In this document: piece after piece, positions 38,942 through 49,564 of the stretch
How the letters are laid out: the number at the start of each line of letters is the position of its first letter
How positions within the stretch are numbered: position 1 is the first letter of the stretch
NCBI GenBank assembly: GCA_017546265.1
Contig: JAFYXG010000012.1
Span: forward strand, 4,249-68,248
From: Alphaproteobacteria bacterium
GTDB lineage: Bacteria; Pseudomonadota; Alphaproteobacteria; Rs-D84
Direction of reading: 5' to 3'
Length of the DNA: 64,000 bases
The notes under the pieces: generated by a model
Database searches by the model: none
Told to the model about the DNA's origin: nothing
The model's input: the letters and a program-made list of their open reading frames with translations, nothing else
Position numbers and translations under genes: made by a program

Positions 38942-39970
38942 ATGAAATTTATAAAATTATTCACCATGGCAACTGTGCTGATGGCAATCGGACACTCGTC
39001 TGCAAACGCATTACAATTTGATATGGGAAGGTTTTCCGTTAAACTGACTGGTTATGCAACAGGTGGAATAATAGAACCTGATTTTCAATCTACACTGTTT
39101 ATAGGCGACTGGCGTGTGCGGGGACAGATGACGTACGAAGCAAATGCAGCCCTGAAAATTGGGGCTGTGTATGCTATGGACCAAATCGCAATGGACAAAG
39201 GAAATGCCGCACGCGAAGTCTTTACATTTCTGGAATCTGTGCAATATGGCAGACTGGAATTTGGATTTACCGATTCAATCGCACGAAAACTGGGGATTGG
39301 ATTGCCTGATGTGGGGGGGTTAAGAATAAATGACAGGCCGCTGTTTAACGAAAAGATTGTGCCAGATGGACCAGTTATCGCAGACACCGCACTGACATCA
39401 GGTCGCAGTAAAGCATTGCGACTGAACGCGGTCGCGGCACCCGTTAACGGTGTTCAATACGGTGTATCTGTGGCGGGGATTACAGATGACTATGACTGGG
39501 CCGTGGATGCAGGTTTAAAAGTCAGAAAATCCGAAGGAAAAATTAAAACCGCATATTCTGTTGGTGTGTCTTTTATGGATAATCCACACGACTTTGATAA
39601 CGAAGTTTATACCCCAGGTGTCACAGCAGATTGGCGGGCACAGATGTCAGTCGGATTTAACCTGCAATATAACAGCTGGATTTGGGGAACAACTGGACGC
39701 ATCATTTATGATATGGACCCAATTGGCACACCGTCCGATGGGTTTGTCGTTGGAACCGGTATCAGTTATGATTTGCTGCGGTACAGCGTATCATTGACGT
39801 ATATGTTTTCTGATACGGGCGTATGGCAACGAAATATAGATGATTTTGCAGACCATATGGCAATCGCATCGTTCAGATATAAATACAGCGAATTGGTTGA
39901 TGGGTGGATATCAGGCGGAATCACTTCAAAAACACCATTTGTTTCCGCAGGACTTAGGATTACTTTCTGA
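38942..39970 (+). CDS. Outer membrane porin
   Basis: Signal peptide, FLES..YGRLEFG, amphipathic beta strands, terminal Phe (GLRITF). Confidence 0.8.
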   Translation: MKFIKLFTMATVLMAIGHSSANALQFDMGRFSVKLTGYATGGIIEPDFQSTLFIGDWRVRGQMTYEANAALKIGAVYAMDQIAMDKGNAAREVFTFLESVQYGRLEFGFTDSIARKLGIGLPDVGGLRINDRPLFNEKIVPDGPVIADTALTSGRSKALRLNAVAAPVNGVQYGVSVAGITDDYDWAVDAGLKVRKSEGKIKTAYSVGVSFMDNPHDFDNEVYTPGVTADWRAQMSVGFNLQYNSWIWGTTGRIIYDMDPIGTPSDGFVVGTGISYDLLRYSVSLTYMFSDTGVWQRNIDDFADHMAIASFRYKYSELVDGWISGGITSKTPFVSAGLRITF

Positions 39971-39988
39971 TAATAAAAGGATAAAAAT

Positions 39989-40585
39989 ATGCTGAAAAAG
40001 ACCGAAGTTGTTTTATTTGATTTTGATGGAACCCTGTCGGGGTTGGACTCGAATGTTGCATTCGCAAGATACTGTTTTCGCCGCAGTGTACAACCATGGC
40101 TGTATCTGCCGCTGATGGGCATTTGCGGAATTTGCAGATGGGTTAAACCTGATGGCGTTTGGTGGCGGGAAAATATCCGCAGATTTTTAACCCCAAAAAT
40201 GGTTAAAAAGTTTGCCCCAGGTTTTATCAAACAACACAAACGCGAAAGATTCGGTTGGGCCAAAGAACGCGTCCAGGCAGAACGTGATGCAGGACGCAAA
40301 GTACTGATGGTGTCCGCCAGCCCAGACTATCTATTGCCGCAACTGGTGCGGGATATGAATTTTGATGCTGTGTTCTGTTCAAAAACATATAAAGACAAGC
40401 CTTGGAAATATGAATTCCTGTGCTGGGGGGCAAATAAAGTTCGCATAATGGACGAATGGGCCGCAGCAAATAAAATTATCCCTCATGTTGTTCGTGCGTA
40501 TTCAGACAGTAAATCCGATATGCCAATGATGGAAATCGCAGACGAACAGGTATGGATAGATAAAAAAACAGGTCTAAGAAAATAA
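39989..40585 (+). CDS. HAD-superfamily hydrolase (IB)
   Basis: FDFDGTL, VSAS, K, AYSDSKSD motifs. Confidence 0.88.
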   Translation: MLKKTEVVLFDFDGTLSGLDSNVAFARYCFRRSVQPWLYLPLMGICGICRWVKPDGVWWRENIRRFLTPKMVKKFAPGFIKQHKRERFGWAKERVQAERDAGRKVLMVSASPDYLLPQLVRDMNFDAVFCSKTYKDKPWKYEFLCWGANKVRIMDEWAAANKIIPHVVRAYSDSKSDMPMMEIADEQVWIDKKTGLRK

Positions 40586-40625
40586 ACCAAATGATTTTTT
40601 TGATGATTTAACGTACAGTGTATCT

Positions 40626-40889
40626 ATGGCTTTGATAGATACACTGTTTGATTTATTAAGTGCCGCAACCGGGGCAATCTTGGGGGCGGTGGCAACATAT
40701 GCACTGAACCATAGACGTGGTAAAATCATGGCAAACCAATTGGTCGTCAGTAAAAGTGCATTGGAAACAATAAAACTGGAAAATCAAAAGTTGCTGGAAC
40801 AAATCCAGGAAAAAGAAAATCTGATTCTGAAAATGCAGGTCGAGCTGATGGGCGATAAAGTAGACGATAAACAAAAAAAGAAAAAATAA
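40626..40889 (+). CDS. Small membrane-anchored coiled-coil protein
   Basis: One TM helix followed by a heptad-rich region; followed by a terminator. Confidence 0.65.
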   Translation: MALIDTLFDLLSAATGAILGAVATYALNHRRGKIMANQLVVSKSALETIKLENQKLLEQIQEKENLILKMQVELMGDKVDDKQKKKK

Positions 40890-40911
40890 TCCCGCCATTC
40901 GGCGGGGTTTT
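40888..40911. terminator. Bidirectional intrinsic terminator
   Basis: AATCCCGCC-ATTC-GGCGGGGTTTT between convergent genes. Confidence 0.75.
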
Positions 40912-40912
40912 C

Positions 40913-41185
40913 TTACTTACGCAGACCTAGTTTCTTAATCAGTTCTTCGTAGTCGGAAACATTACGTTTCTTGATATAAGCCAACAATTTCTTGCGGCGG
41001 TTAACCATCAACAACAATCCACGTTTAGAATGGTTGTCTTTGTGGTTGTTCTTCATGTGTTCTGTCAAATTACGAATGCGTTCTGTCAGAACCGCAACCT
41101 GAGATTCAACAGATCCACCATTATCCTGTTCAGATACCTTATATGCCTGAATCAATTCAGACTTTTTAGCCTTGGATACGGACAT
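40913..41185 (-). CDS. rpsO: 30S ribosomal protein S15
   Basis: GSVESQVAVLTERI..LTEH...KDNHSKRGLL, LGLRK. Confidence 0.97.
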   Translation of the reverse strand: MSVSKAKKSELIQAYKVSEQDNGGSVESQVAVLTERIRNLTEHMKNNHKDNHSKRGLLLMVNRRKKLLAYIKKRNVSDYEELIKKLGLRK

Positions 41186-41208
41186 TTGTTTTTCCTTTGG
41201 TTTTTATT

Positions 41209-42087
41209 TTATATTGTTCGTTTCGGACGCAGTACACCGTTATCAGCCACACCAATACCAATGAATTCACCACCAGTATATATGCGATACAGACCGTTGT
41301 CTGTGCCAACTTTTACAAAGCCACCATTCCTATAAAAAACGGCCGCCCCGTCCGGTAAATTCAGAACCGGAATGTCCCCCAGTCCATAATCAACCGGTTT
41401 CAGGTTGTCCCCGAAATTGCCACTATTATTAAATACTTTTTCCAAAAAATCAAGTTTTACTGCATTTTTTACGTCAAATCCGTTCGCAATCGTGCGGCGT
41501 ATCATGCTTACCGTTGCAACCGTGCCACATCGAACTGCAATATCACGGGCAATTGAACGAACATAGGTGCCGGTCGAACAACGCATGCGAAAATCCCAAT
41601 TTGTGCCATCAGTACCCAAAAATGCCAGTTCATAAATATGAACAGAACGGGCGGGAATTTCAATCACCCTGCCCCTGCGGGCCGCATCATAGGCACGCAT
41701 GCCATCAACATGTACCGCTGAATACATGGGCGGAGTTTGCATAATATCACCCAAAAATTCTGGCAGCACACATTGGACCATATCAACATCAGGCACAACA
41801 TCCGTGCGAACAGTTTCACAACCCGTGATATCCAATGTGTCTGTTTCAACCCCAAACCGACATGTAAACAGGTATTCTTTGACCGTTGGATTCAGTTCCT
41901 GGACAAACGGTATCATTTTGGTCGCATCACCAATCGCAATCGGCAATACACCCGTTGCCATCGGGTCCAGGGTGCCAATGTGACCAAACTTTTTCGTCCC
42001 CAGCATGCGTGCAATGCGACCACCCGCCGTCCGCGAAAACAAACCACTGTCTTTGTCCAAAATTATCCAGCCAGATGTGTTCATCAC
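41209..42087 (-). CDS. truB: tRNA pseudouridine(55) synthase
   Basis: GHIGTLDPMATGVL, PPMYSAV, CSTGTYVRS. Confidence 0.96.
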   Translation of the reverse strand: MMNTSGWIILDKDSGLFSRTAGGRIARMLGTKKFGHIGTLDPMATGVLPIAIGDATKMIPFVQELNPTVKEYLFTCRFGVETDTLDITGCETVRTDVVPDVDMVQCVLPEFLGDIMQTPPMYSAVHVDGMRAYDAARRGRVIEIPARSVHIYELAFLGTDGTNWDFRMRCSTGTYVRSIARDIAVRCGTVATVSMIRRTIANGFDVKNAVKLDFLEKVFNNSGNFGDNLKPVDYGLGDIPVLNLPDGAAVFYRNGGFVKVGTDNGLYRIYTGGEFIGIGVADNGVLRPKRTI

Positions 42088-42587
42088 TATCTTGTCTTTT
42101 CGATTGTATATGCCTGTTTTTCTATCTTTTGTACAAACTGCGTCAATTCAGATGGACGACCGTTGCATGGTGGATAAACCTGACGCATGCGAACAGGGTC
42201 AAACACCATGTCGCCTGGTGTGTATGGCTTTATATACTCGGAATACCATCTGTTGCCATATAGTATCCCTGGCAAAACTGGCATTTCAACATGAATAACA
42301 TTATCTGAAACCAGGGCAGAACGACCAATATAATATTTTGGCCCCCAGATTGTGTTAGACTTTACTTCATAGCCATCTATTTCAAAAGCCAAACGTGCAC
42401 CAATCTGGAATTGCTGGTCACGAAAACCACTAGTAATAAGACCATGTATAGGGTTGCCTTCGATACTGTATAAACTCCTGAAATCAAACGCATGAATAAA
42501 ATCGTATAATTTTTTCTTGTCTGAAAATTCATGCTGGACAGGATTGTATGCATTTGCCTGAAATACATAAACTGGTTTTACTTTCAT
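42087..42587 (-). CDS. Hypothetical protein (166 aa)
   Basis: Fills the mutS-truB gap and overlaps the truB start; no recognised domain. Confidence 0.65.
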   Translation of the reverse strand: MKVKPVYVFQANAYNPVQHEFSDKKKLYDFIHAFDFRSLYSIEGNPIHGLITSGFRDQQFQIGARLAFEIDGYEVKSNTIWGPKYYIGRSALVSDNVIHVEMPVLPGILYGNRWYSEYIKPYTPGDMVFDPVRMRQVYPPCNGRPSELTQFVQKIEKQAYTIEKTR

Positions 42588-42599
42588 TATAATATACCT

Positions 42600-45137
42600 T
42601 TATCCAAATAAGTTTAACTGAGGTGGCGGCAGGTCATCTGCAACACGATTTCGCCGAGGACTGCGGTTCGCAGCACACGATACAACCGTTTCAGATTCAG
42701 ATCGTACTGGATTTACCGCCGTTGATTCCAGTGCTGATAATACACTTTCCGCACGAGAAACAACAGATGTTGGCATGCCCGCCATCTTGGCCACATGAAT
42801 ACCATACGACCTATTCGCAACACCCGCAACTATTTTATGCATAAATACAATTTGATCGTTATGCTCGCGGACGTCAATCGTCAAACATGATACATGCAAC
42901 AAACCGCCATTTGATACCAAATGCGTCAATTCGTGATAGTGGGTCGCAAATAGTGTGCGTGGACACAAATTATCCAAATATTCCAATACCGCCTGGGCAA
43001 TCGCCATGCCATCATAGGTCGCTGTACCACGACCAATTTCATCAAATATTATAAACGAACGGTTTGTCGCACGATTTAATATGTTGGCAGTTTCACTCAT
43101 TTCCACCATGAAGGTTGATTGACCAGCAGCCAAATTATCCGATGCTCCTACACGACTGAACAACTGGTCACAAATGCCAATAGTCGCAGATGTCGCAGGT
43201 ACAAATGAACCTAAATGCGCCAAAACAACTATAATCGCGTTCTGACGCAAGTAAGTCGATTTACCTGCCATATTGGGCCCCGTCAATAACGCAATCGATT
43301 TCACGTTCAAATTACAATCGTTTTTAACAAAATTATCACCACGTAAACGCAATACATATTCAACCACAGGATGACGACCACCGACTATGTCAAATGCACA
43401 GTCTTCGGTCATGCGTGGACATACCCATGAATATTTGTCCGCAACACGAGATAAAGATAACCATACGTCCGCATCCGCCAATAAATCCGCTGTGGATAAC
43501 AAATCTTCGGAAATATGACGAATTTCATCTATGAACTTTTGAACTATTTCTGACTCGATGGCGGACGCCTTTTCCGCAGCACTGCGAATGTCATTGTCCA
43601 GGTCTATTAAACGTGATGTGGTAAATCGCATATTACCCGCCATCGTTTGACGATGTATAAAACCCGATTCTGGAGATAACAGAACTTCGGCACGTGCGGA
43701 TGGAACCTCGATAAAATACCCAAGAATGTTGTTGTATTTTATCTTTAACGTGTTTATGCCCGTTCGGTTTATGTATTCAGACTGTAATGCCGCAATCGTT
43801 TCACGACCACCATTCGATAAAGAACGCATATTATCCAATGATATGTCAAAACCGTCACGTATTACACCCCCGTCACGAAAAAATGTCGGTAATTCGTCCG
43901 ATAAGGCATTACGCAGACGCCCCCCCAGCTCATCATGACTGTTTATAGATTCAAAACGCGATGAAAAATCTGCATCCAGATGGCGAGCCAACAATCGTGC
44001 ATTCGGCAACGCACGCAGAAAGTCAGATACATGACGAAAATCACGTGGCGTACCACGCCCAGACAATAACCGCGACAACGAACGACCCACATCCGGAACA
44101 GTTGATAGCATCGTACCAACCTGGGCCGCAACGTCCGGATTCAAAACAAAGTGCGAAACGTGCGATTGACGTGTGTGAATCTGGGATATTTCAGATGACA
44201 GATTTCGCAAATACGAACGCAATTTGCGTGCCCCGGCCGCCGTACACGTTTCGTCCAGCACGTCCAACAAACACACACCACCATCGTTTATGGCCGAATC
44301 CAGTTCCAAACTGTGCCAAGTGGCGGAATCTATTAACAACTGACGCCCAGATGTAAAGGTGTACGGTGCACGAAATGTGATGGATGCACCACGCTGGGTA
44401 TTAAACAAATACCCCGCCAACAGGCATATTGCACAATCAGTGTTCTGGGCAACCGTGTTCGCATCGACCGCACCACCAAAAACACGAGAAACAACAATGT
44501 CTATGTCTGTGCGATGATATAACTTTTCATAAACAGGGGTAGATTTGAATAATTCGCGTATTTTAGAAATTGTCTTTTCTTCGGCGGTGCCAAATGGAAA
44601 TATAACCTCGGCCGGGTTGATACGTACCAGGTCGTCAATCGTGTTTGACGATGCACCAACAAAAAATTCACCAGTCGAAATATCACACCCGGCCATGTCA
44701 TATTTACCACCACCAATCGGTGATACCGCAACCAAAAAGTTTGACTTTTTCGGGGTTAATAAATTTTCATCCGTCAATGTCCCAGGAGTCAAAACACGTA
44801 CAACCTGGCGGTCGATATATTTATGACCACGCGCACGGGCCTGGGCCGGAGTTTCCATCTGTTCAACCAGCGCAACATTATACCCTGCACGTACCAGACG
44901 ACCAAAATAGTTGTCCGCCGCATGCCATGGTATACCACACATGGGTATGTCCGAACCTGTGCCATCTGTGCCACGGGCCGTCAGTACCAGACCCAATGTC
45001 GAACTTATCGTTTTTGCGTCTTCAAAAAATGATTCATAAAAATCACCCAAACGAAACATTAACAATGCGTCTGGATTTTCTGCCTTCATGTCAACATACT
45101 GCTGCATGACAGGTGTTAATTTTCCTTTGTCTGCCAC
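42600..45137 (-). CDS. mutS: DNA mismatch repair protein MutS
   Basis: TPVMQQY, GDFYE.F, GPNMAGKST, STFMVEM, DEIGRGT, ATHYHEL; C-terminal beta-clamp motif QLNLF. Confidence 0.98.
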   Translation of the reverse strand: MADKGKLTPVMQQYVDMKAENPDALLMFRLGDFYESFFEDAKTISSTLGLVLTARGTDGTGSDIPMCGIPWHAADNYFGRLVRAGYNVALVEQMETPAQARARGHKYIDRQVVRVLTPGTLTDENLLTPKKSNFLVAVSPIGGGKYDMAGCDISTGEFFVGASSNTIDDLVRINPAEVIFPFGTAEEKTISKIRELFKSTPVYEKLYHRTDIDIVVSRVFGGAVDANTVAQNTDCAICLLAGYLFNTQRGASITFRAPYTFTSGRQLLIDSATWHSLELDSAINDGGVCLLDVLDETCTAAGARKLRSYLRNLSSEISQIHTRQSHVSHFVLNPDVAAQVGTMLSTVPDVGRSLSRLLSGRGTPRDFRHVSDFLRALPNARLLARHLDADFSSRFESINSHDELGGRLRNALSDELPTFFRDGGVIRDGFDISLDNMRSLSNGGRETIAALQSEYINRTGINTLKIKYNNILGYFIEVPSARAEVLLSPESGFIHRQTMAGNMRFTTSRLIDLDNDIRSAAEKASAIESEIVQKFIDEIRHISEDLLSTADLLADADVWLSLSRVADKYSWVCPRMTEDCAFDIVGGRHPVVEYVLRLRGDNFVKNDCNLNVKSIALLTGPNMAGKSTYLRQNAIIVVLAHLGSFVPATSATIGICDQLFSRVGASDNLAAGQSTFMVEMSETANILNRATNRSFIIFDEIGRGTATYDGMAIAQAVLEYLDNLCPRTLFATHYHELTHLVSNGGLLHVSCLTIDVREHNDQIVFMHKIVAGVANRSYGIHVAKMAGMPTSVVSRAESVLSALESTAVNPVRSESETVVSCAANRSPRRNRVADDLPPPQLNLFG

Positions 45138-45154
45138 AATCTATCCGTTTTTTT

Positions 45155-45349
45155 CTATGCACTGACTTTCAAGGTTTCTATTTTTAATTCGGCCTCTTTT
45201 AATAACTGTTCACAATAGGCCTTTAATTTTACACCCTGTTCATACGCAACAACAGAATCCGCCAATGGCAGTTGACCAGATTCCATCTTTTTTACCAGTT
45301 CCATTAACTGTTTATATGCCTCTTCAAATGATAATTTGTTTTCTTCCAT
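45155..45349 (-). CDS. xseB: Exodeoxyribonuclease VII small subunit
   Basis: LSFEEAY..L..LV..MESGQLPL..S...YEQG. Confidence 0.92.
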   Translation of the reverse strand: MEENKLSFEEAYKQLMELVKKMESGQLPLADSVVAYEQGVKLKAYCEQLLKEAELKIETLKVSA

Positions 45350-45431
45350 TACAAAGTCCCCTTTGGCTGTCGTATTGCACATTACAAAATAAACGATAAA
45401 CTTTCAATTATTTTTACCGTTTTTTTGGGGA

Positions 45432-46649
45432 CTATTCATAACGAAGACTGTCAATCGGATTCAGTTTCGCCGCCTTCATCGCAGGCATTACACCAGATGC
45501 CAACCCAACAATTACCGCAACAGATACAGATAATATAACCGGCCATATGCTGAATGGAACATTATAACCCAATACAAAACGACCAACACCCTGGGACAAA
45601 CCAACACCTATTACCAAACCAAACATCGACCCAATAAATGAAATCAAAACCGATTCCGATAAAAACTGGATAATTATCATGCGTTCGCGGGCACCAATCG
45701 CCTTGCGTATGCCTATTTCGCGAGTGCGTTCAGCAACTGATACCAACATCATGTTCATAATTCCAATCGCACCAACCAATAAAGACACCGCCGCAATCGC
45801 AATCAGTAATAACTTCATATAACCAGTCACAGTCGTCATCGTTTCCATAATCTGCTTCATATCCATAATCTGAAAGTCATCAACCGCATCGTCTTTTAAA
45901 CGATGACGCTGACGCAACAGGGCCGTTATCTGATCAATCGCCATATTATTATCAGAATCTGCAAATAATTTCAGTGCAATCATGTTTACAGAATTTGGAA
46001 AACGTGACCCCTGTAATCGCTTTTTCAATGTGGTAATCGGTATCAGTATCATATCATCCTGGCTGCCCATGGCAGAATCACCCTTGGCCCGAGTCATGCC
46101 TATGACAACAAATGGCGTGTTCTGAACACGTATAACCTCGCCTACGGGGTTGGTGGACAATCCTAACTCTTCTGCTGTTTCAGGACCAATTACCGCATAG
46201 GTCGATGCATTGCGAACAGCAGACATATCAAAAAATGTGCCATATTCCATCTCGATATTCTGGACAGTCGTATAATCAGGATATACACCAACCATGGATG
46301 TACCCCAGTTTTTATTGCCATATATCGCCTGGGCCGAACCATTTTGAACAGGGCTGACCGCCATTACATCGGGCAGTTTACCAATAAATTCTGCGTCCTG
46401 GATTGTTAAAGTCTGGCGATTCCCCGTGCGTACACCCGCACTTTGTGCAGCACCAGCACGTATCATTATTGTGTTCGTCCCCAGTGATGAAAACTGGCCC
46501 GTGATTTCGTTCTGGACCGTTTCGCCAACCGCAACCATTATAACAACCGCCATCACACCAATGATAATGCCCAAGACAGTTAAAAATGAACGTATCTTGT
46601 TGCCACTGATGGACAGCCATGATTCTTTGAATATATCAGCAATTGTCAT
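45432..46649 (-). CDS. MacB/FtsX-family ABC transporter permease
   Basis: RSFLTVLGIIIGV, GIMNMMLVSVAERTREIGIRKAIGA, LNPIDSLRYE. Confidence 0.93.
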   Translation of the reverse strand: MTIADIFKESWLSISGNKIRSFLTVLGIIIGVMAVVIMVAVGETVQNEITGQFSSLGTNTIMIRAGAAQSAGVRTGNRQTLTIQDAEFIGKLPDVMAVSPVQNGSAQAIYGNKNWGTSMVGVYPDYTTVQNIEMEYGTFFDMSAVRNASTYAVIGPETAEELGLSTNPVGEVIRVQNTPFVVIGMTRAKGDSAMGSQDDMILIPITTLKKRLQGSRFPNSVNMIALKLFADSDNNMAIDQITALLRQRHRLKDDAVDDFQIMDMKQIMETMTTVTGYMKLLLIAIAAVSLLVGAIGIMNMMLVSVAERTREIGIRKAIGARERMIIIQFLSESVLISFIGSMFGLVIGVGLSQGVGRFVLGYNVPFSIWPVILSVSVAVIVGLASGVMPAMKAAKLNPIDSLRYE

Positions 46650-46671
46650 TTATCCCCCCCCCAACTAAGTC

Positions 46672-47394
46672 TTACAGTGCGTCATCGTTTTTTGGTACAG
46701 GACCATCATAGTTTATGCGACCATCGCGAATATGTATTAAACGATGGGCATATTTCGCAATATCAAACTCGTGCGTTATCATTATGATGGTTATTCCCAT
46801 GTCGCGATTTAACTGTTGAAAAAAGCGTAATATCTCGTTCCCCATTTTGCTGTCTAACGCACCTGTGGGTTCGTCCGCCAATATCAACTTTGGCTGACCA
46901 GCCAGGGCACGAGCAATCGCAACACGCTGTTTCATGCCGCCCGATAACTGGGTCGGTAAATACGTCTCGAAATTTTCCAAGCCAACACGCCGCAACATCT
47001 CACGCGAACGAGAAACACGCTCTGACATGGGCAGACCACGATACATCAACGGCAACATCACATTATCCAATACACTGCGTTTGGGCAACAGGTTAAACTG
47101 TTGAAATACGAATCCAATATGTTCGTTTCGGACAATCGCCAATTCGTCCGCCGTCAACCCAGTAACATCGCGGTCATATAATTCATATACACCAGATGTT
47201 GGTGTGTCCAGAGCACCTATTATGTTCATGCATGTTGATTTCCCAGAACCAGATGGCCCCATAATCGCAACAAACTCACCAGACTTTATCGAAATGTTTA
47301 TATCAAATAAAACCTGTTGAGTTCCGCCCATTTCCAGGGGAAAACTTTTGTTTATATGCTTTAAAGATATTATGTTTTCAGACCGTTTTCGCAT
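46672..47394 (-). CDS. ABC transporter ATP-binding protein (MacB/LolD-like)
   Basis: GPSGSGKST, LSGGMKQRVAIAR, ADEPTGALD. Confidence 0.95.
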   Translation of the reverse strand: MRKRSENIISLKHINKSFPLEMGGTQQVLFDINISIKSGEFVAIMGPSGSGKSTCMNIIGALDTPTSGVYELYDRDVTGLTADELAIVRNEHIGFVFQQFNLLPKRSVLDNVMLPLMYRGLPMSERVSRSREMLRRVGLENFETYLPTQLSGGMKQRVAIARALAGQPKLILADEPTGALDSKMGNEILRFFQQLNRDMGITIIMITHEFDIAKYAHRLIHIRDGRINYDGPVPKNDDAL

Positions 47395-47475
47395 GATAAA
47401 ACACCATTGTATAATCGCGTGTAATTATACCATAACAATGGTATAACTGCAAATAAACACAATCAGAAAAATCTT

Positions 47476-47501
47476 AAAAAAAAGACCGACTGTTGTCGGT
47501 C
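47476..47501 (-). terminator. Intrinsic terminator after the Yip1-like gene
   Basis: Minus strand GACCGAC-AACA-GTCGGTC followed by T8. Confidence 0.75.
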
Positions 47502-47508
47502 AAACTTC

Positions 47509-48105
47509 CTATAACAAGCATGCCAGGGTCGCACCCGTGTTCTTTAACATGAACCACCCCAGGCGATAGTCGGTCGCATACACCGTCACCATAAACAATG
47601 CCAAAATCGCAATCACAATCGCAACATTACCGCGTTTGCCACGCATGCAATACAGTGATATGTTATAGAATAAAAACAGTACATAAATGTCAACCAGCAT
47701 GCTGATTACCCACATAGATGTACAGTTAAATGCCAATGCATTTAATACCAATATAACTGGATATATAAAGAATATCGATGCCAGACCCTTAATCGCAATT
47801 TCCCAATCTCGTTCCCCACCCGTGATTTCAGATACCAACATCATCAGACCTCCAAACACAAACAATAACGCAACCGCCAGTACAGGAACAATTACAATCG
47901 CTGTGAAAATAGACCCCAATGTTATGGTCGCTCCACCCAATAAACGAATCAATAAAACCAATACACCACCCAACAAACCATACAAAAATGCCTTCATCAT
48001 CGATTCTTCCATATTACCATCTGCAACAATCTTGGTAAAATAACGCCGTGGATTGACAATTATATTGCGTATCGGCTTGATTACATTTCTGATTTTTTTC
48101 TTCAT
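47509..48105 (-). CDS. Yip1-family membrane protein
   Basis: IIVNPRRYF start, five TM helices, GG after TM2. Confidence 0.65.
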   Translation of the reverse strand: MKKKIRNVIKPIRNIIVNPRRYFTKIVADGNMEESMMKAFLYGLLGGVLVLLIRLLGGATITLGSIFTAIVIVPVLAVALLFVFGGLMMLVSEITGGERDWEIAIKGLASIFFIYPVILVLNALAFNCTSMWVISMLVDIYVLFLFYNISLYCMRGKRGNVAIVIAILALFMVTVYATDYRLGWFMLKNTGATLACLL

Positions 48106-48171
48106 ATTTATGCCCCCATTTGATTATTTATATTTTTGCTTTATAATTACAAAAAATCAACGGAAAAAAAC

Positions 48172-49512
48172 ATGATGAAAATAGTTATAGCAGGACGACC
48201 AAATACAGGTAAGTCAACTTTGTTTAACGCACTGACAGGAACACGTGATGCACTGGTGCACGACAGACCAGGGGTAACACGCGATACAATTTGCGGTAAT
48301 ATCCGCAACAGACCATATATGCTGTACGATACAGCTGGCCTGGAACGCGATAAAACTGGAATCGCAGCCGATTCAACCAATATGGCAATAGACGCTGTCC
48401 AAAGTGCCGATGCCGTTCTGTTCGTGGTCGATGGACGCGTAGGACTGACAAACGAAGACTTAGATTGGGCAAAACTGGTTCGCAGAAAAACAAAAGCACC
48501 TGTGTTGCTGCTGGTCAATAAAAGCGAATCGGTTAAACGATTGGCAAATGTTCATGACTTTTATAAACTGGGCTTCGGTGAACCTGTAATGGTTGCAGCA
48601 GAACACAAACAAGGTTTTGATGCTGTTTTCGAATTCCTGGATAAAATCGCAGGCGATGCCGCAAACGCACCTGTGCCAGAAAAAAATGAAGATAATCGTA
48701 TAAAAATCGCAATCCTGGGACAACCAAATGTAGGAAAATCAACCTTTGTTAACCGTGTGCTGGGCGAAAAAAAACAGATTGTTATGGACGCACCTGGTAT
48801 TACACGTGACACTGTTAAAATTCCTACAAAATTCTATGGTCGTGATATTATCTTGATGGATACCGCAGGACTAAGACGCAAAGCGGGTGTGACAGATGAC
48901 GTGGAAACATTGTCTGCACTGAAATCTTTGGATGCAATAGAAAAGGCAGATGTTGTTATTTTAATGGTTGACGCAACAAAAAATATAGAAAATCAAGCAC
49001 TGGGAATTGCAGCACGCGTATATAACGCAGGTAAAATTTTGTGCGTGGCATTGAATAAATGGGATTTAGTAGAACCAGAAATTCGTGATGAAAAATTATT
49101 AAAACTGAAACACCAGTTTTCTAATTCTTTCCATCAGATTATCAAACCTTTGATACTGGCTGTGTCCGCAGAAACAGGAACAGGTGTTCAAAATATGTTC
49201 CGCAGAATATACGAACAGTGGGACATCTCATCCGCACAGGCACCAACCAGTTTAATCAACAGAATCGTAGAAAAACTGGTTGCAGACAGACAACCACCTT
49301 TGTCACGGTTAAAGCGACCCATGAAAATTAAATTTGCACGACAAACCGGACGACATCCTATGAAAATCACAATCAACGTTGGTGGTGCATCAGATATCCC
49401 AGAATCCTATACCAGATATTTACGCCGCGGTATTGCAACCGCTTTAAAATGGGAACATCTGCCAATCATTATAGAATATCAAAAGGCAGACAACCCATAC
49501 GAAGACCAATAA
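48172..49512 (+). CDS. der: Ribosome biogenesis GTPase Der (EngA)
   Basis: Two G domains (GRPNTGKS/DTAG/NKSE and GQPNVGKS/DTAG/NKWD), C-terminal KH-like domain. Confidence 0.96.
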   Translation: MMKIVIAGRPNTGKSTLFNALTGTRDALVHDRPGVTRDTICGNIRNRPYMLYDTAGLERDKTGIAADSTNMAIDAVQSADAVLFVVDGRVGLTNEDLDWAKLVRRKTKAPVLLLVNKSESVKRLANVHDFYKLGFGEPVMVAAEHKQGFDAVFEFLDKIAGDAANAPVPEKNEDNRIKIAILGQPNVGKSTFVNRVLGEKKQIVMDAPGITRDTVKIPTKFYGRDIILMDTAGLRRKAGVTDDVETLSALKSLDAIEKADVVILMVDATKNIENQALGIAARVYNAGKILCVALNKWDLVEPEIRDEKLLKLKHQFSNSFHQIIKPLILAVSAETGTGVQNMFRRIYEQWDISSAQAPTSLINRIVEKLVADRQPPLSRLKRPMKIKFARQTGRHPMKITINVGGASDIPESYTRYLRRGIATALKWEHLPIIIEYQKADNPYEDQ

Positions 49513-49542
49513 AAAACCGCCATCTTGGCGGTTTCTTTTTTT
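49511..49542. terminator. Bidirectional intrinsic terminator
   Basis: AAAAAACCGCCA-TCT-TGGCGGTTTCTTTTTT. Confidence 0.8.
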
Positions 49543-49564
49543 ATAACCCGTTCGGTTGTTTCCA

